The position numbers and the translations under genes were made by a program. A stretch of DNA of 64,000 nucleotides from Acidimicrobiia bacterium. GTDB lineage: Bacteria > Actinomycetota > Acidimicrobiia > IMCC26256 > DASPTH01. The stretch covers positions 56,696 through 120,695 of the forward strand of contig DASXXX010000031.1 of the NCBI GenBank assembly GCA_036502765.1, given 5' to 3'. This document shows positions 62,750 to 64,000 of the stretch, one piece after another. The notes beneath the pieces were generated by a model. The model saw nothing but the letters and a program-made list of their open reading frames with translations, was not told the DNA's origin and did not search any database. Position 1 is the stretch's first letter; each line of letters opens with the position of its first letter.

Positions 62750-64000
62750 TTACGGCGTCTCGATCTCGTCGTACGGCTTCACCGCGTACCGCTTCGGGCT
62801 GCAGGAGAACGGTTCCACAACGCTGTAGCTGCCGGACTCGCCGTCCGTCTTCAGGACTGCATGGCACGACGGAGACGTGTACCTGTAGTTCGTCGGGTAC
62901 GTCGTCGGCCCGATCAGTCCCTTCCGCTCGTAGGTCATGTGCGACGCGACGTCCTGCAGCTTCTCGGAGGTGAGCTTCTCGCCCGTCTTCTGGAGCGCCT
63001 TCACGAACATGTCCGCGGCGAGCCATCCGCTCGAGGTGGTCAGGTTGACATTCGTTCCGGGCGCGTAGGCCTGGATGTCGTCAAGCATCCTCTTGATCTC
63101 GGGGTTGGTGTCCGCCGACTCGTTCGGTGCCCACGTCGTCCACGCATAGGACGGTCCGATGAGCTTGGCGAGCTGCGGGTCGGCTCCAGGGACGATGTAC
63201 ATGCCTGTGAAGCCGGTCAAGTTCAGGGCCTTGCCCAACCCGGTCCAGTCACGCGCCGGTCCCACCGGCACGATGAGGTCCGGATCAGTGGCGAGCATGT
63301 CCTGCACCCATGGGGTGTAGTCGAGGATCGGGTTCGGAGGCGCCGGCGTCGCCGCCTTCGCGTAGGCGATCGTCATGCCGTTGGCCTTCGCCGCCGCGGT
63401 GAACTGCGCGACGACGTCCTTCTCCTGGGCGCTGTCGGTCCCGATGATGGCGATCTTGATCCGCTGGCCACTGCGGACGATGCCTTCCTTGTAGACCGCA
63501 GCCTTCATCTCGACCACGTTGTCACCCGTGTGGGACGCGTCCTTCGGAGTCACGCAGCCGTTGAAACCGAAGAAGTAGCTCGTGTCGCCAGAACTACAGA
63601 ACGCGGCGCTCATCCCGTACCCGAACACGGGCGTGTGGCTCTGGTTCGGGATGCTGTCGTTGATCACCGTCGATGCGACGGGAACCAGGGCGAAGACCCC
63701 TTCTTGCTGCACGAGCCGGCGTACCTCCTGCACCGTGGTCGCGGGATCGACCTTGTCGTCGGCCCAGGCGACGATCTTGATCTTGCGCTTCCCCGGGATC
63801 TCGCCGGTCTTGTTGGCCCGCGCGAAGCGGGCCAGCGCACCGACGCCGGTCGTCGCCTCGGTGAAGCTCAGTGGCGTCGACTGGATGCCGGCGACCTTGA
63901 TCTCGGTCGGGGACACGCCTTGCGTGGTGCTGCGGCTCTGGGCGCCCACCCCGCCGCCCGCCACTGCGGCCGCAGTCACTGCGATCAGTGCCGCACACGT
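62750..64000 (-). CDS. ABC transporter substrate-binding protein, LivK family (paralog 3), 5' end outside the window
   Basis: The reading frame stays open to the window edge (..TCAALIAVTAAAVAGGG signal-like segment). It has periplasmic-binding-fold features and is more distant from the other two paralogs. Confidence 0.8.
   Translation of the reverse strand, partial: TCAALIAVTAAAVAGGGVGAQSRSTTQGVSPTEIKVAGIQSTPLSFTEATTGVGALARFARANKTGEIPGKRKIKIVAWADDKVDPATTVQEVRRLVQQEGVFALVPVASTVINDSIPNQSHTPVFGYGMSAAFCSSGDTSYFFGFNGCVTPKDASHTGDNVVEMKAAVYKEGIVRSGQRIKIAIIGTDSAQEKDVVAQFTAAAKANGMTIAYAKAATPAPPNPILDYTPWVQDMLATDPDLIVPVGPARDWTGLGKALNLTGFTGMYIVPGADPQLAKLIGPSYAWTTWAPNESADTNPEIKRMLDDIQAYAPGTNVNLTTSSGWLAADMFVKALQKTGEKLTSEKLQDVASHMTYERKGLIGPTTYPTNYRYTSPSCHAVLKTDGESGSYSVVEPFSCSPKRYAVKPYDEIETP

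Overview
High-GC, gene-dense chromosomal segment whose codon bias, 4-nt ATGA/GTGA gene junctions and TAnnnT-type promoter hexamers suggest Actinomycetota; no taxon can be assigned from the sequence alone. After a two-component pair with a frameshifted response regulator and a tRNA-Arg(CCT), the window is essentially one large, highly paralogous acyl-CoA/lipid-type catabolic supercluster. It holds 5 cytochrome P450s and 4 AMP-dependent acyl-CoA synthetases. There are 5 family-III (CaiB/BaiF) CoA-transferase domains in 4 genes, one of them a tandem two-domain fusion. It also holds 2 adjacent alpha/beta-type acyl-CoA dehydrogenase pairs, 4 crotonase-type and 1 MaoC-type enoyl-CoA hydratases, 7 SDRs and a 3-hydroxyacyl-CoA dehydrogenase. 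Three DUF35(OB-fold)/thiolase-like pairs are present in which I could not find the thiolase nucleophile cysteine. Accessory genes include an aldehyde dehydrogenase, a luciferase-like monooxygenase, an SMP-30-type lactonase, an esterase, an amidohydrolase, 2 VOC and 2 NTF2-like proteins, and a DUF427-thioesterase II fusion. Two paralogous TetR regulators are present. A Liv-type ABC importer is encoded in scattered pieces: three substrate-binding paralogs, a stand-alone LivG-like ATPase and a LivH-LivM-LivF triple fusion. I saw no rRNA, CRISPR arrays, transposases, integrases or recognisable defence/toxin genes. The most interesting non-coding signal is a set of short AT-rich islands confined to intergenic promoter regions. 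They share exact or near-exact sub-motifs, including a 32-bp element present twice at 27/32 identity, which suggests a common regulon. All function calls come from reading motifs by eye, and no database search was run.
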